64,000 nucleotides of DNA from an uncultured Pseudomonadales bacterium (GTDB taxonomy: Bacteria; Patescibacteriota; Microgenomatia; UBA1400; CAYXSR01), in NCBI GenBank assembly GCA_964430265.1, contig CAYSEI010000003.1:1070-65069 (forward strand). The letters are read 5' to 3'. Shown here one piece after another: positions 19,662 to 28,664 of this stretch (positions are counted from its first letter, which is position 1; every line of letters begins with the position of its first letter). The position numbers were made by a program, and so were the translations under genes. A model generated the notes under the pieces. The model searched no databases and was not told the DNA's origin. It worked only from the letters and a program-made list of their open reading frames with translations.

Positions 19662-20910
19662 TTTTAACCAATTTAAAAATAATCCAGAAAACAGATAATA
19701 AAACTCCAACTAACAATGAAAAAATTGAGTTTCTGATTATCGCATTAATACTATTATGATTAAAATATATTAATGCTAATTGCATAAATGCAGTTATTGC
19801 AGCAATAAATCCAATAACTTTTTCTTCTAATGCTAATAAAAAGCGTGTCATCAAATTAAAAATCGCCAGTAGCCCCGTAAAAACAGCAAAGGAAAACATA
19901 TATTTAACTGCTTCTTTATATTGATTGCCATAAAGGGCAGTAATAAAAAAATCAGGAAACAAACGAAACCCAACAATTCCTAAAATTGTTATTGAAAAAA
20001 CAAACCCTATCGATAATAACAAAGTTTGTTTTAAGCGCTTTTTATTTTTCTGATATTTAATAAAAAGTGGATAAGAAACCATTAAGATTGCGGAAGCGCC
20101 AAAGAAAATAATTTTACCTAATACAGAAAGCGCTGAATAAAGCCCTGATTGTCTTTCAGAAAAAAAATGGCGTACCAGTAAAATGTCAGATGAATAAAGT
20201 GATGTTAAGGAGAAATTACTAATCAATGCAAGTCCAGAAAATTTCCAGAAACTTTTTTTTATTTTTATTTTTTCAGTTTTCTGATCACCCCATATTTTTT
20301 GCACAAAAATATAGTTTATCAATAATGAAACAACTGCTAAAACTATCCATCCAGATAAAGCTGTTGTTTCTTTTCCCCCTAGTAAAAGTAAAATAAAAGT
20401 TATCAAAAGCTTAAGAAAAGTTGATAAAACACTGACCGCAGCACTATAAACAAACTTAAGCCTGCTTTGCAATGCTGCACCAAAAACCAAAGGTAAAAAA
20501 CTAAATCCCAGCCATAAAGCATAAGAATAAATCAGCATATTATTTTCTAAATAAAGAAATTTTTTAATAAAAGGAGATAAGAGAAAAAAAACTATTTCAA
20601 AAATTATAGTTATTTTTATTGCTAACTTTGATAAGGATTTAACTGCAGAAAGGGTTTTTTCTTTTTTAATTTCACCAATAAAGCTCACTACTGATAAACT
20701 AAATGCACCTGTAAATACAGAAATAAAATAATTAAGTGTAATTATACTTTCCAGCCTGCCGTATTCTGCTGGAGCCAAAAAACGGCCAGCAACAAAATGG
20801 TATAAATAATTTAAAAAAGCTGTTATTAAGTTAGCAACCAATATAATAAAGCTACCTTGAAGCAATTTATTTTTTAGTTTTGTTTTTACTTTATTTTCTA
20901 AATTAAGCAT
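19645..20910 (-). CDS. Wzx-type oligosaccharide flippase
   Basis: About 12 TM; NYLYHFVAGRFLAPAEYG and SDILLVRHFF...GLYSA motifs. Confidence 0.85.
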   Translation of the reverse strand: MLNLENKVKTKLKNKLLQGSFIILVANLITAFLNYLYHFVAGRFLAPAEYGRLESIITLNYFISVFTGAFSLSVVSFIGEIKKEKTLSAVKSLSKLAIKITIIFEIVFFLLSPFIKKFLYLENNMLIYSYALWLGFSFLPLVFGAALQSRLKFVYSAAVSVLSTFLKLLITFILLLLGGKETTALSGWIVLAVVSLLINYIFVQKIWGDQKTEKIKIKKSFWKFSGLALISNFSLTSLYSSDILLVRHFFSERQSGLYSALSVLGKIIFFGASAILMVSYPLFIKYQKNKKRLKQTLLLSIGFVFSITILGIVGFRLFPDFFITALYGNQYKEAVKYMFSFAVFTGLLAIFNLMTRFLLALEEKVIGFIAAITAFMQLALIYFNHNSINAIIRNSIFSLLVGVLLSVFWIIFKLVKNGKQN

Positions 20911-20988
20911 AAATAACTAGAATTTCTTATTCTTAAAAATGATGATAAACTTAAAATTAAGTATAGCAAATTATTGTTTAATTAATTT

Positions 20989-22623
20989 ATGAAGATAAAG
21001 AATTTTAATTTTAAAAAGTGGTTGAAAAACAACAAACTTAACCTAGTAATTCTTTTTGTTCTGGTAATTGTCAGTTATGCAAATAGTCTAGACAACCAAT
21101 TTGTTTCTGACGATATTTACGGAATCGTCAATAAAGAAAATCTGGGACAGTTTAGCTATATCAGAAATAGGTTCCCTATGGTTATTAGACCAATTTTATA
21201 CACTATTGTGTTTAAAATATTTGGCTCCAACCCAGCTTTTTTCAGACTAATAAATGTTTTTTTTCATCTAGGAAATGTTTTTCTTGTCTATTTAATTGTT
21301 TCCCTTTTATACAACAATACTGCTGCATTAATCAGCAGCAGCTTAACAGCAGTACACCCTATTTTAATTGAAGCTGTTTCCTGGATTTCCGGGGGACCTT
21401 ATTCCACCTATACCTTTTTTGGCCTGGCTGCATTTCTCTTTTTTATTCTCTCGCAAAACAAGCAAAAATATTATTGGTTTTTTTTAGCTAGTTTGGTTTT
21501 TGCTTTTCTGACTTCTCCTATTTCTATAGTAATACCAATAATCCTGGCTGCATTTGCTTTGACTCACAAAAATTTTAAGTTTGATTGGAAAATGATTTTG
21601 CCACCTTTAATAATTGGCTTAATTGCTTTTATAATCTTTTTTCCCAGCATTTCAAAAAGAATGTATGCTTTACAAACTTCTTATTATCAAAAAACAACTT
21701 TTGTAAACCCTTTATTTCTTATTCCTACAGCAATAACTGGATATCTGGAACTGATCTTTTGTCCCAATAATTTAACTTTGTATCATTCAGAAATCAATAG
21801 CATTGGGCAAATTCAGTACACTTTAAGAATTATTTTTTTTCTTCTTTTTATTGGCTTGACTATTTATCTGTATTTTAAAAAAAGAAAAGATTCTTTTTGG
21901 TTGATGCTTTTTTTAATTGCTTTAGGCCCTTTTCTTACTCCTTTTGGAATTTCCTGGCTTTTGGCTGAACGCTATGCATATTTTTCTGCAATTGGTGTTT
22001 TTGTTTTTATCGGTATTCTTATAGATAAAATTAATAAAAAATTCAAATTAAAGGATGTGCCCATTTTTTTTGTATTAGGACTTGTTGTTCCTCTATTAAC
22101 AATAAAAACAATTGTTCGCAACAACGACTGGCAAAATCAGGACACATTGTGGATTGCGGCTGCCAAAACTTCTCCATCCAGTCCGCAAAACAACAATAAC
22201 CTGGGCGATTTGTATGCTAGAAAAGGTAATTTGCAAAGAGCTGAATACCATTTCAGTAAAGCACTTCAGCTTAAACCGGGATATGCAGATGCTCACCACA
22301 ATCTTGCCAATATTTATTGGAAGCAAGGTGAATTAAATAAAGCAATTGAAAACTATCAAAAAGCCTTAGAAATTAATCCCAATATTTGGCAGTCACACCA
22401 AAACTTGGCTGCAGTCTATATTCAAAAAGAGGACTACCCAAATGCTTTAAAACATTTGGAGTCAGGCTTAGAGATCAACCCTTCTTCTCCTAAACTTTTA
22501 TATAACGCTGCTATTTTATACAGCAAAATTGGAGAAGAAGAAAAAACAAAGAACATGCTTGAACAAATTCTACAAATAGATCCCAACAATTTAGAAGTAA
22601 GACAGCTTCTAAATCAGTTTTGA
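20989..22623 (+). CDS. TMTC-like GT-C glycosyltransferase with C-terminal TPR repeats
   Basis: FVSDD, HPILIEAVSWISG, LAERYAY and RNNDWQN motifs, followed by about 4 TPRs. Confidence 0.8.
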   Translation: MKIKNFNFKKWLKNNKLNLVILFVLVIVSYANSLDNQFVSDDIYGIVNKENLGQFSYIRNRFPMVIRPILYTIVFKIFGSNPAFFRLINVFFHLGNVFLVYLIVSLLYNNTAALISSSLTAVHPILIEAVSWISGGPYSTYTFFGLAAFLFFILSQNKQKYYWFFLASLVFAFLTSPISIVIPIILAAFALTHKNFKFDWKMILPPLIIGLIAFIIFFPSISKRMYALQTSYYQKTTFVNPLFLIPTAITGYLELIFCPNNLTLYHSEINSIGQIQYTLRIIFFLLFIGLTIYLYFKKRKDSFWLMLFLIALGPFLTPFGISWLLAERYAYFSAIGVFVFIGILIDKINKKFKLKDVPIFFVLGLVVPLLTIKTIVRNNDWQNQDTLWIAAAKTSPSSPQNNNNLGDLYARKGNLQRAEYHFSKALQLKPGYADAHHNLANIYWKQGELNKAIENYQKALEINPNIWQSHQNLAAVYIQKEDYPNALKHLESGLEINPSSPKLLYNAAILYSKIGEEEKTKNMLEQILQIDPNNLEVRQLLNQF

Positions 22624-23591
22624 ACTTTTTTAAAAAAGAACCCTTGTAAGAATTTAATTCCGTAAACAATATGTGTCAAAAAAATTGCCGGAATGGTTAA
22701 TAAACCGATCAAAATATTTTTACTATTTCTCCATACTTGAATAAAAGTTAAAACCAACAACACAACATACACTAACAAAACCAAAGAATAGACAAAAAAC
22801 AAGGGCGGGTAAATAAAATAGGTTATTCCTCCGCCAAAAAAACCGATGGTGAAGAATACAGGAACCCAATATCCTAACCTATTTGATGTTTTAGGAAAGA
22901 TTTTGGCAAAATATCCTCTTTGCCTCCCATAGCTAGAAATTTGTTTTAAATGCGGTGCAAATATTTTTCTACGGTGGTGATAAACAACAACTTCAGGATC
23001 ATAAGCTATTTTTTTGTTTAGGCTATAAACTAGTTCGCAGCAAAGTTTGGTATCTTCACCAGGCCAATATTTGGAATCAAATCCTCCAAGTTTTGCAAAA
23101 TCCTTTTTTCTAATAAACAAGTTAAATGTAGGATAGTCATCAACAAAACATTTTTTAGTAGGATGACAACGGTAAATTCCTGCACCGCCTGCGCCTAAAG
23201 GCGTTTTCCATACCCATCCAGAAACTTTCTCTCCAATATCATCATCTTCAGGTGTTAGCCCCGGACCGCAAATTCCTGCAATTGATTGATCAGAAAAATT
23301 TTCAAGTGCTTTTTCCAGCCAGTCTTTTTGAGGATAAGCATCATCGTCAATAAAAGCAAGAATTTTACCTTCTGCTTTTTTTGCAGCCAGATCTCTTTTT
23401 TCTGCCGGACCTTTGTTCTTCCCCGAAGCAAGCACCTTTATCCATTCAGGATAATCATTTTCATCTTTTTTATCGGGGATAATGATTACTTCAAAATCTT
23501 TGTAAGTTTGTTTTTTCAAAGCAGGTAGAGTCTTTTGCAAAAAGTATTTGCTTGGATTTTTAAAAGGAACAATAACCGATACTTTAGTCAT
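22614..23591 (-). CDS. Glycosyltransferase family 2 with C-terminal TM helices
   Basis: FIDDDAYP and GGFDSKYWPGED motifs. Confidence 0.88.
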   Translation of the reverse strand: MTKVSVIVPFKNPSKYFLQKTLPALKKQTYKDFEVIIIPDKKDENDYPEWIKVLASGKNKGPAEKRDLAAKKAEGKILAFIDDDAYPQKDWLEKALENFSDQSIAGICGPGLTPEDDDIGEKVSGWVWKTPLGAGGAGIYRCHPTKKCFVDDYPTFNLFIRKKDFAKLGGFDSKYWPGEDTKLCCELVYSLNKKIAYDPEVVVYHHRRKIFAPHLKQISSYGRQRGYFAKIFPKTSNRLGYWVPVFFTIGFFGGGITYFIYPPLFFVYSLVLLVYVVLLVLTFIQVWRNSKNILIGLLTIPAIFLTHIVYGIKFLQGFFFKKVQN

Positions 23592-24321
23592 AATATTTTA
23601 AAATGTTTAAACGGTAGAAAACTGCAATCGTATCATAAAGCATAGACCAGATTGTTCCAAATTTAACACTGGAATAGCCAATTTTTCCAGCATCCATTTC
23701 CACCGGACCGTCATGGATTTTTTTATAACCTAATCTGTGAGCAACCGCCAGCATTTCAATATCAAAAGCATATTTTTTTACCACCAACTTGGGCAAAACC
23801 TTCTCCAAAACTTGTCTCTTAAAAATTTTTATTCCTCTTTGACAATCAGTAACCTTTAAACCAAACAGAAACCTGGTTAATGTGTGGTATCCCCAACTTA
23901 ATATTTTCCTTATCAAGGGATATCCTTTTACTTTGGAAGCAGAATGCCTTATTGATCCTACAATCACGTCAGAATTGTACCAAAGCATATGTTCCAGCAA
24001 AAGTCTCAGTCCTAAAGGATCTATTTCCATTCCAGCATCCAAAAATGCAACTAAATCACCTTTGGTTTTTTTCATGCCATAGCGCACTGCATGCCCTTTT
24101 CCTCTATTTTTGGAATATCCGTGTATTTTTATTTTTTTGTTTGCCAGCTTTTGTGCTTTTTCAAATGTTTTATCCACTTTTCCGTCAACAATACAAATAA
24201 TTTCATAGTCATATTTTATTTTGTCCAAAGTTTTTTTTATCTTTTTCAAGTCACGGACAATAGTTTTTTCTTGACGATAAGCAGGGATTACTACAGAAAG
24301 GAGTTTATTATTTTTTGACAT
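23584..24321 (-). CDS. GT2 polyprenol-phosphate glycosyltransferase (DPM/DPG-synthase-like)
   Basis: VIPAY, NRGKGHAVRYG, FLDAG and TDCQRGIK motifs. Confidence 0.85.
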   Translation of the reverse strand: MSKNNKLLSVVIPAYRQEKTIVRDLKKIKKTLDKIKYDYEIICIVDGKVDKTFEKAQKLANKKIKIHGYSKNRGKGHAVRYGMKKTKGDLVAFLDAGMEIDPLGLRLLLEHMLWYNSDVIVGSIRHSASKVKGYPLIRKILSWGYHTLTRFLFGLKVTDCQRGIKIFKRQVLEKVLPKLVVKKYAFDIEMLAVAHRLGYKKIHDGPVEMDAGKIGYSSVKFGTIWSMLYDTIAVFYRLNILKYYD

Positions 24322-24388
24322 GCTCCTATTTTATCAAATTTATGGCTAAAATTTACATTTTACTCAATTCCATACTCTTCTTGAACAA

Positions 24389-24420
24389 TAAAAAAACTCC
24401 CGGACAACAATATCCGGGAG
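24389..24420 (-). terminator. Rho-independent terminator
   Basis: CTCCCGGA/TCCGGGAG stem (24397-24420) followed by a U-tract on the minus strand, downstream of the GerMN gene. Confidence 0.75.
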
Positions 24421-24438
24421 AAAAATTATATTTTCTTT

Positions 24439-25389
24439 TTATTTAAAGTTTTGCGAATCACAAAACTCTTCATTAGGACAACCTTGCTGCATCCAATTGT
24501 AAAACAACTCAGGATCACCGTTAATTGCAAAAGCAACCTCACTGATTCCAGTATTGTGTTTTACTGTCTCTTCAATCTGATTATAAAAGTCCTTTGAACT
24601 GCAACTTGAATTGGCCCCCGGAATAATATTCCTGATATCTGCAAGATTAATAAATGCAGTATCTCTTTGTATGTTAACAGAAATCAATGCATCTTCTGTC
24701 TCTTGCGAAAAAATGGATATAAATCCCAGTTCTTGTTCTGCAGCTGTTGGTCCCTGAAAAAGTTCATTCAGAACCAAACTCAACCTTTGTTCTTGATCTG
24801 CAGCTGTGATTGCATTTCTTTCTACACCATAAACAAACCCACACTCCGTTGGCTCGTCAGGAATATTGTTAGGATTGTTAAAATATATAACTACTTCACT
24901 TGCTGGTGCTTTTTTAACTTCTCCCTTACATACAATTTCATTAATCAACCATTGATCATTCTCTTGTATAAGTTCCACTTCAATTTGTTTTTCCATAGAG
25001 GGAAACTTCAATTTTACACTAACCCTCGCTTTTGTTTCTCTCACATCTATTAAGCTTGTGCTTAAATTGTCCGGCTTATCTTGAGCACAAATAATTGGGT
25101 CTGCACCGCCTTTATCCATGTTATCAAGCTCCTGATCAATTTTTTCCACCAATGTCGGCGACAACTCTTCACTCATTTTATAAGCTCCGCTTGAAAGAGG
25201 ATTTCCTTCGTACTCCAGATACCAGCTGTAAAAACTCTCCACTGTTTCCTGGGGATCGGCTTTTAACACATTAGACTGTTGTTTAGACTTACTCCCAAAC
25301 ATACTTTCTTTATTTAATGTTGTTAAACCAAAAATAGCCAATACTCCAATCATCAGCAAAATAAATACAATTTGTAAGTATTTTTTCAT
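24439..25389 (-). CDS. Exported DUF3828-like + GerMN-domain protein
   Basis: ESFYSWY...DPIICAQD (DUF3828) and ELFQGPT...SSCSS...VAFAING (GerMN); strong SD AGGAGGTGA. Confidence 0.7.
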   Translation of the reverse strand: MKKYLQIVFILLMIGVLAIFGLTTLNKESMFGSKSKQQSNVLKADPQETVESFYSWYLEYEGNPLSSGAYKMSEELSPTLVEKIDQELDNMDKGGADPIICAQDKPDNLSTSLIDVRETKARVSVKLKFPSMEKQIEVELIQENDQWLINEIVCKGEVKKAPASEVVIYFNNPNNIPDEPTECGFVYGVERNAITAADQEQRLSLVLNELFQGPTAAEQELGFISIFSQETEDALISVNIQRDTAFINLADIRNIIPGANSSCSSKDFYNQIEETVKHNTGISEVAFAINGDPELFYNWMQQGCPNEEFCDSQNFK

Positions 25390-25471
25390 TTTTTCACCTC
25401 CTTTTTATGTTTTAACTTAATAACTAATTTTCATAATAATATATTTTTTTTTGAATCAATTTGACTCAAAA

Positions 25472-26665
25472 TCAATCATTTACTTTAAAAGTTTTTGATT
25501 CAAAAATTATCGGTTCTTTAGCAAACTTTTCTTCAGCCTTTTGATTGATAATACGCACAGCATCATAAATCTTACGCCAGTGTTTTTTAACCTCCAGGGA
25601 TTCGCTTTTACCAATCACAACTTCAATTAGTTGATCATATTCCCAGCGTCTGTCCTTTTGGGAAAAAAGCGCTTTACAAACATAATATTGGTTTGAATCA
25701 TAGGGAATTTCTAAAAATTCGTTTCCGTAATAAAGTCTACTGTTCTCAGCATCAAAAGAAAAATGTTTGTCTTTGTTTTGATCATCATTATTATTTTCTT
25801 TTTGCTTTTTTTTAGATTTATCCAATTTTTTATTTTGCAAAAAAAAGTTTTTTAATAAAATTGCAAGTCTTGTACTTGCGCTTAAAACAATTAATCCAAA
25901 ACTTACTATCAACAATGCATTATCAGAAAGGTTTTTCCCTATTATCAACAATCCAAATATTCTCTCCTCTGTTTCAAGCGGAAAAGTTTTCAAAAAGTAA
26001 AAATCGGGGGGAGTATTAATAAATTCATAGCGTTGCTCTAAATATTTAGAAACATAACTAGAATCAATAAAGGTAGGAACTCTTCCTTCTAATAAAAGAG
26101 ATTGATTGTTTTTATTAGTAATTTGATAGTTAATTTTGGAAGAAATATTCCTTTGTTCTAAATTAATTATTTTAATTTCATTGTCTTCAACAGTCACTGA
26201 TTGCATAATTTTTTCTAGAGATTGCTCGAGTAAAAGATCATTATTCAGCTGATTGCCTGTTTCCGGCTGCCTATATCCAACAAGTACAGCTCCTTTAATA
26301 ATAGAGTTCTTCTCAATTGTTTTTGACAACAAACGCCATCTTTCTCCGGTAGCAGAAACTATTGTTTGCGGTTTTTTAAAGGAAGAATTAAAGCGGTAGT
26401 CTGAATAATCTAAAAATCCCTTAATTGTATTATTTCTTTCAATTACAAACCCGTCTTGATTGAATATGTATACAATATCATTGCTAAATCTTTCTCTTTC
26501 ATTAACATAAGGCGTAACATCCCATTTTCCGTTGTTATATTCAAGATCTTCAATAATCCGAGCTGCTGTTTTTTGTAAATCCGCATTCAGTTTATAAATA
26601 GAATAAAAAAGCAGTAAAAAAGAAAAAATTAAAAGAAACCAGATAAATTTTTTAATGTTTTGCAT
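25472..26665 (-). CDS. Membrane protein with extracytoplasmic domain and C-terminal OmpR-like winged helix (putative one-component regulator)
   Basis: Two TM helices flank a region of about 220 aa; C-terminal FSFDAENSRLYYG...YDQLIE...IYDAVRIINQK resembles a wHTH. Confidence 0.55.
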   Translation of the reverse strand: MQNIKKFIWFLLIFSFLLLFYSIYKLNADLQKTAARIIEDLEYNNGKWDVTPYVNERERFSNDIVYIFNQDGFVIERNNTIKGFLDYSDYRFNSSFKKPQTIVSATGERWRLLSKTIEKNSIIKGAVLVGYRQPETGNQLNNDLLLEQSLEKIMQSVTVEDNEIKIINLEQRNISSKINYQITNKNNQSLLLEGRVPTFIDSSYVSKYLEQRYEFINTPPDFYFLKTFPLETEERIFGLLIIGKNLSDNALLIVSFGLIVLSASTRLAILLKNFFLQNKKLDKSKKKQKENNNDDQNKDKHFSFDAENSRLYYGNEFLEIPYDSNQYYVCKALFSQKDRRWEYDQLIEVVIGKSESLEVKKHWRKIYDAVRIINQKAEEKFAKEPIIFESKTFKVND

Positions 26666-26715
26666 ATTAAAATTATAGCATTAATTTAAATCTTTTTAAT
26701 TGAATTACTTATAGG

Positions 26716-26751
26716 AAAAAAACCCTATTCCACAATAAATATGGAATAGGG
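26716..26751 (-). terminator. Rho-independent terminator after the pilin genes
   Basis: CCCTATTCCA/TGGAATAGGG 10-bp stem with a U7 tract on the minus strand. Confidence 0.8.
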
Positions 26752-26775
26752 CAGATTTTTAAAATACTTTTAAAT

Positions 26776-27240
26776 TTATCTTGTAACAGTAATTGAGTCT
26801 ACTAATTCTCCAGAAGCAGAAGCAACAATCCTACCATTAGCATCTTCATAAATTGTATATTGTGTATTTGCCTGAGTTCCGCTGACCGGATCTGCTGGCA
26901 TTTCAGCAATATAAGTCGGCACAATGGTTTCTGTTCCTGCTTCGTTCGTTGCTGCAGCTAAATTAAAACAAGGAGCTGCTGTACCAATGCAAGTCGGTGA
27001 ATCCGGGAAGTTGCTGGTACTATCATCAGCATCAGTATCTGGCAAATTACCATTGTGTTCAGCTGAAAACTGATAAACAGCGTTGGTAATTGAATACAGG
27101 TCGCTGCGACGCTGTGTGTCTCTGGCATTAGCAAATTGTCTTCCCGGGTTAACCGCGACTAAAACAATTGCTGCCAAAATAGCAATAACACCAATAACAA
27201 CCAAAAGCTCAATTAAGGTAAAACCTTTTTTTAGTTTCAT
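26776..27240 (-). CDS. Type IV pilin (probable major pilin)
   Basis: KKG|FTLIELLVVI class III signal, Cys pair, strong SD AAGGAGGTGA. Confidence 0.9.
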   Translation of the reverse strand: MKLKKGFTLIELLVVIGVIAILAAIVLVAVNPGRQFANARDTQRRSDLYSITNAVYQFSAEHNGNLPDTDADDSTSNFPDSPTCIGTAAPCFNLAAATNEAGTETIVPTYIAEMPADPVSGTQANTQYTIYEDANGRIVASASGELVDSITVTR

Positions 27241-27306
27241 ACGTTTTCACCTCCTTTCATTTCTCTTAGTTTAATATTAACAAGCCGGCTATTTTTGTCA
27301 AATAGA

Positions 27307-27729
27307 TCAGCGTACAACTTCGATTGTCCCTGTTCCAACTTCGCTTTCTGCTCTTACTACAATTCTTCCTTCAGAATTTTGATAAATATCATATCCCGTG
27401 TCTTCTGCCGTCCCTGTACTTGGATCTTGAGGAACTTCAGTTATATACGTGGGAACAATTATTGATCCCAAATCATAACAGGAAGCTCCGGTTCCAATAC
27501 AAGTAGATGTTTCCGGAAAGTTAGTTGGGAAAATTCCTTTATTTTCTGTTACGTATTCATAAACAGCATTAGTTATAGAATACAAATCACTGCGTCGCTG
27601 TGTATCTCTGGCATTGGCAAATTGTCTACCGGGGTTAACTGCAACCAAGACAATGGCAACCAATATAGCAATGGTTCCAATAACTACCATGAGTTCTACC
27701 ATGGTAAAGCCTTTGTTATTTTTATTCAT
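27307..27729 (-). CDS. Type IV pilin paralog
   Basis: KG|FTMVELMVVI. Start moved to ATG 27729 with SD AGGAGGAG. Confidence 0.9.
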   Translation of the reverse strand: MNKNNKGFTMVELMVVIGTIAILVAIVLVAVNPGRQFANARDTQRRSDLYSITNAVYEYVTENKGIFPTNFPETSTCIGTGASCYDLGSIIVPTYITEVPQDPSTGTAEDTGYDIYQNSEGRIVVRAESEVGTGTIEVVR

Positions 27730-28105
27730 TATCTCCTCCTTGTGTGTTTTCATTTATTGCAGATCCTGTTGCTTGTTTGTTTTCTTCTGCTTTTTTATCT
27801 TCTTGTTCTGTTTCATTTTCTTTGTTATTTTGGTCATTTTGTTCTTCATTATTTTCAACTTCATTTATCAGCTGTTTTATTTTTTCTTTCTCAATCCCAC
27901 TATTTTCAAAGGAATTTATAGTTGTAACCGCCTGGTCCACTTTATTTTTATTTAAAACCGGGTTTTTTTGCTGAACTATTTGTTCATTAATATTTTGTGA
28001 TGTTTGCCAGCTATTTATTATTGTATACCCAGAAAAGATAAATAAAAAGCCCAAGGCAAATATAAAAACAATACTGATAATAAATGTTTCACTAATTTTT
28101 TTCAT
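27722..28105 (-). CDS. Single-TM protein in the pilMNO operon (PilP position)
   Basis: N-terminal TM, acidic low-complexity tail, overlaps both neighbours. Confidence 0.5.
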   Translation of the reverse strand: MKKISETFIISIVFIFALGFLFIFSGYTIINSWQTSQNINEQIVQQKNPVLNKNKVDQAVTTINSFENSGIEKEKIKQLINEVENNEEQNDQNNKENETEQEDKKAEENKQATGSAINENTQGGDNE

Positions 28106-28664
28106 TTAATTCCTCAAAATCCTGATCAACATAAATAAATAAATTGAATTCTGCTCGAACTTCTTTATCTTCAATATCCGGAGAAGTCAGGGTAAATTTC
28201 TGCGATCGGAAAAAGTAGGGTGATTTCTGTAACAAATTCAAGCTGTTTAATATTTTTGGCCAACTATCTTCGATTACTAATGTTAAAGGAAGATATGCAT
28301 TGCCATTAGCATCTTTCAAAGGCATATCTGAATCAAATGTAAAAATCTTTAAATCCGCTGATTTCTCAATTTTATTTATTAGATCAATAAAATCAACTAT
28401 TGATTCCGCATTGGGGAAACTTTTTTCAATTATTTCTTTTTTTGTTTGAATGTTTTCTAAATCTACCATAGTTTTCTGATAATTTTGCTGACTGATCTTC
28501 TGTGCCATTAATTCAGAAGAAACTTTTTGGATATTTTCCGCTTTTAAAGGTAAAAAATATAAAACAGCTATATTGGCAATTAACAATATAACGTCAACTC
28601 CGATTATTATTTTTAAAAATGAACTTAGAAATGGTTCTTTTTTCTGCTGTTTAATTTTTTTCAT
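28092..28664 (-). CDS. PilO-like alignment-complex protein
   Basis: TM, coiled coil and ferredoxin-like beta pattern; directly follows pilM/N. Confidence 0.55.
   Translation of the reverse strand: MKKIKQQKKEPFLSSFLKIIIGVDVILLIANIAVLYFLPLKAENIQKVSSELMAQKISQQNYQKTMVDLENIQTKKEIIEKSFPNAESIVDFIDLINKIEKSADLKIFTFDSDMPLKDANGNAYLPLTLVIEDSWPKILNSLNLLQKSPYFFRSQKFTLTSPDIEDKEVRAEFNLFIYVDQDFEELNEKN

Noticed and set aside
27080-27640. Direct repeat between the pilin genes as a DGR, shufflon or CRISPR-like element
   Set aside because: Only two copies, differences are synonymous rather than adenine-specific, and there is no reverse transcriptase, recombinase or cas gene.
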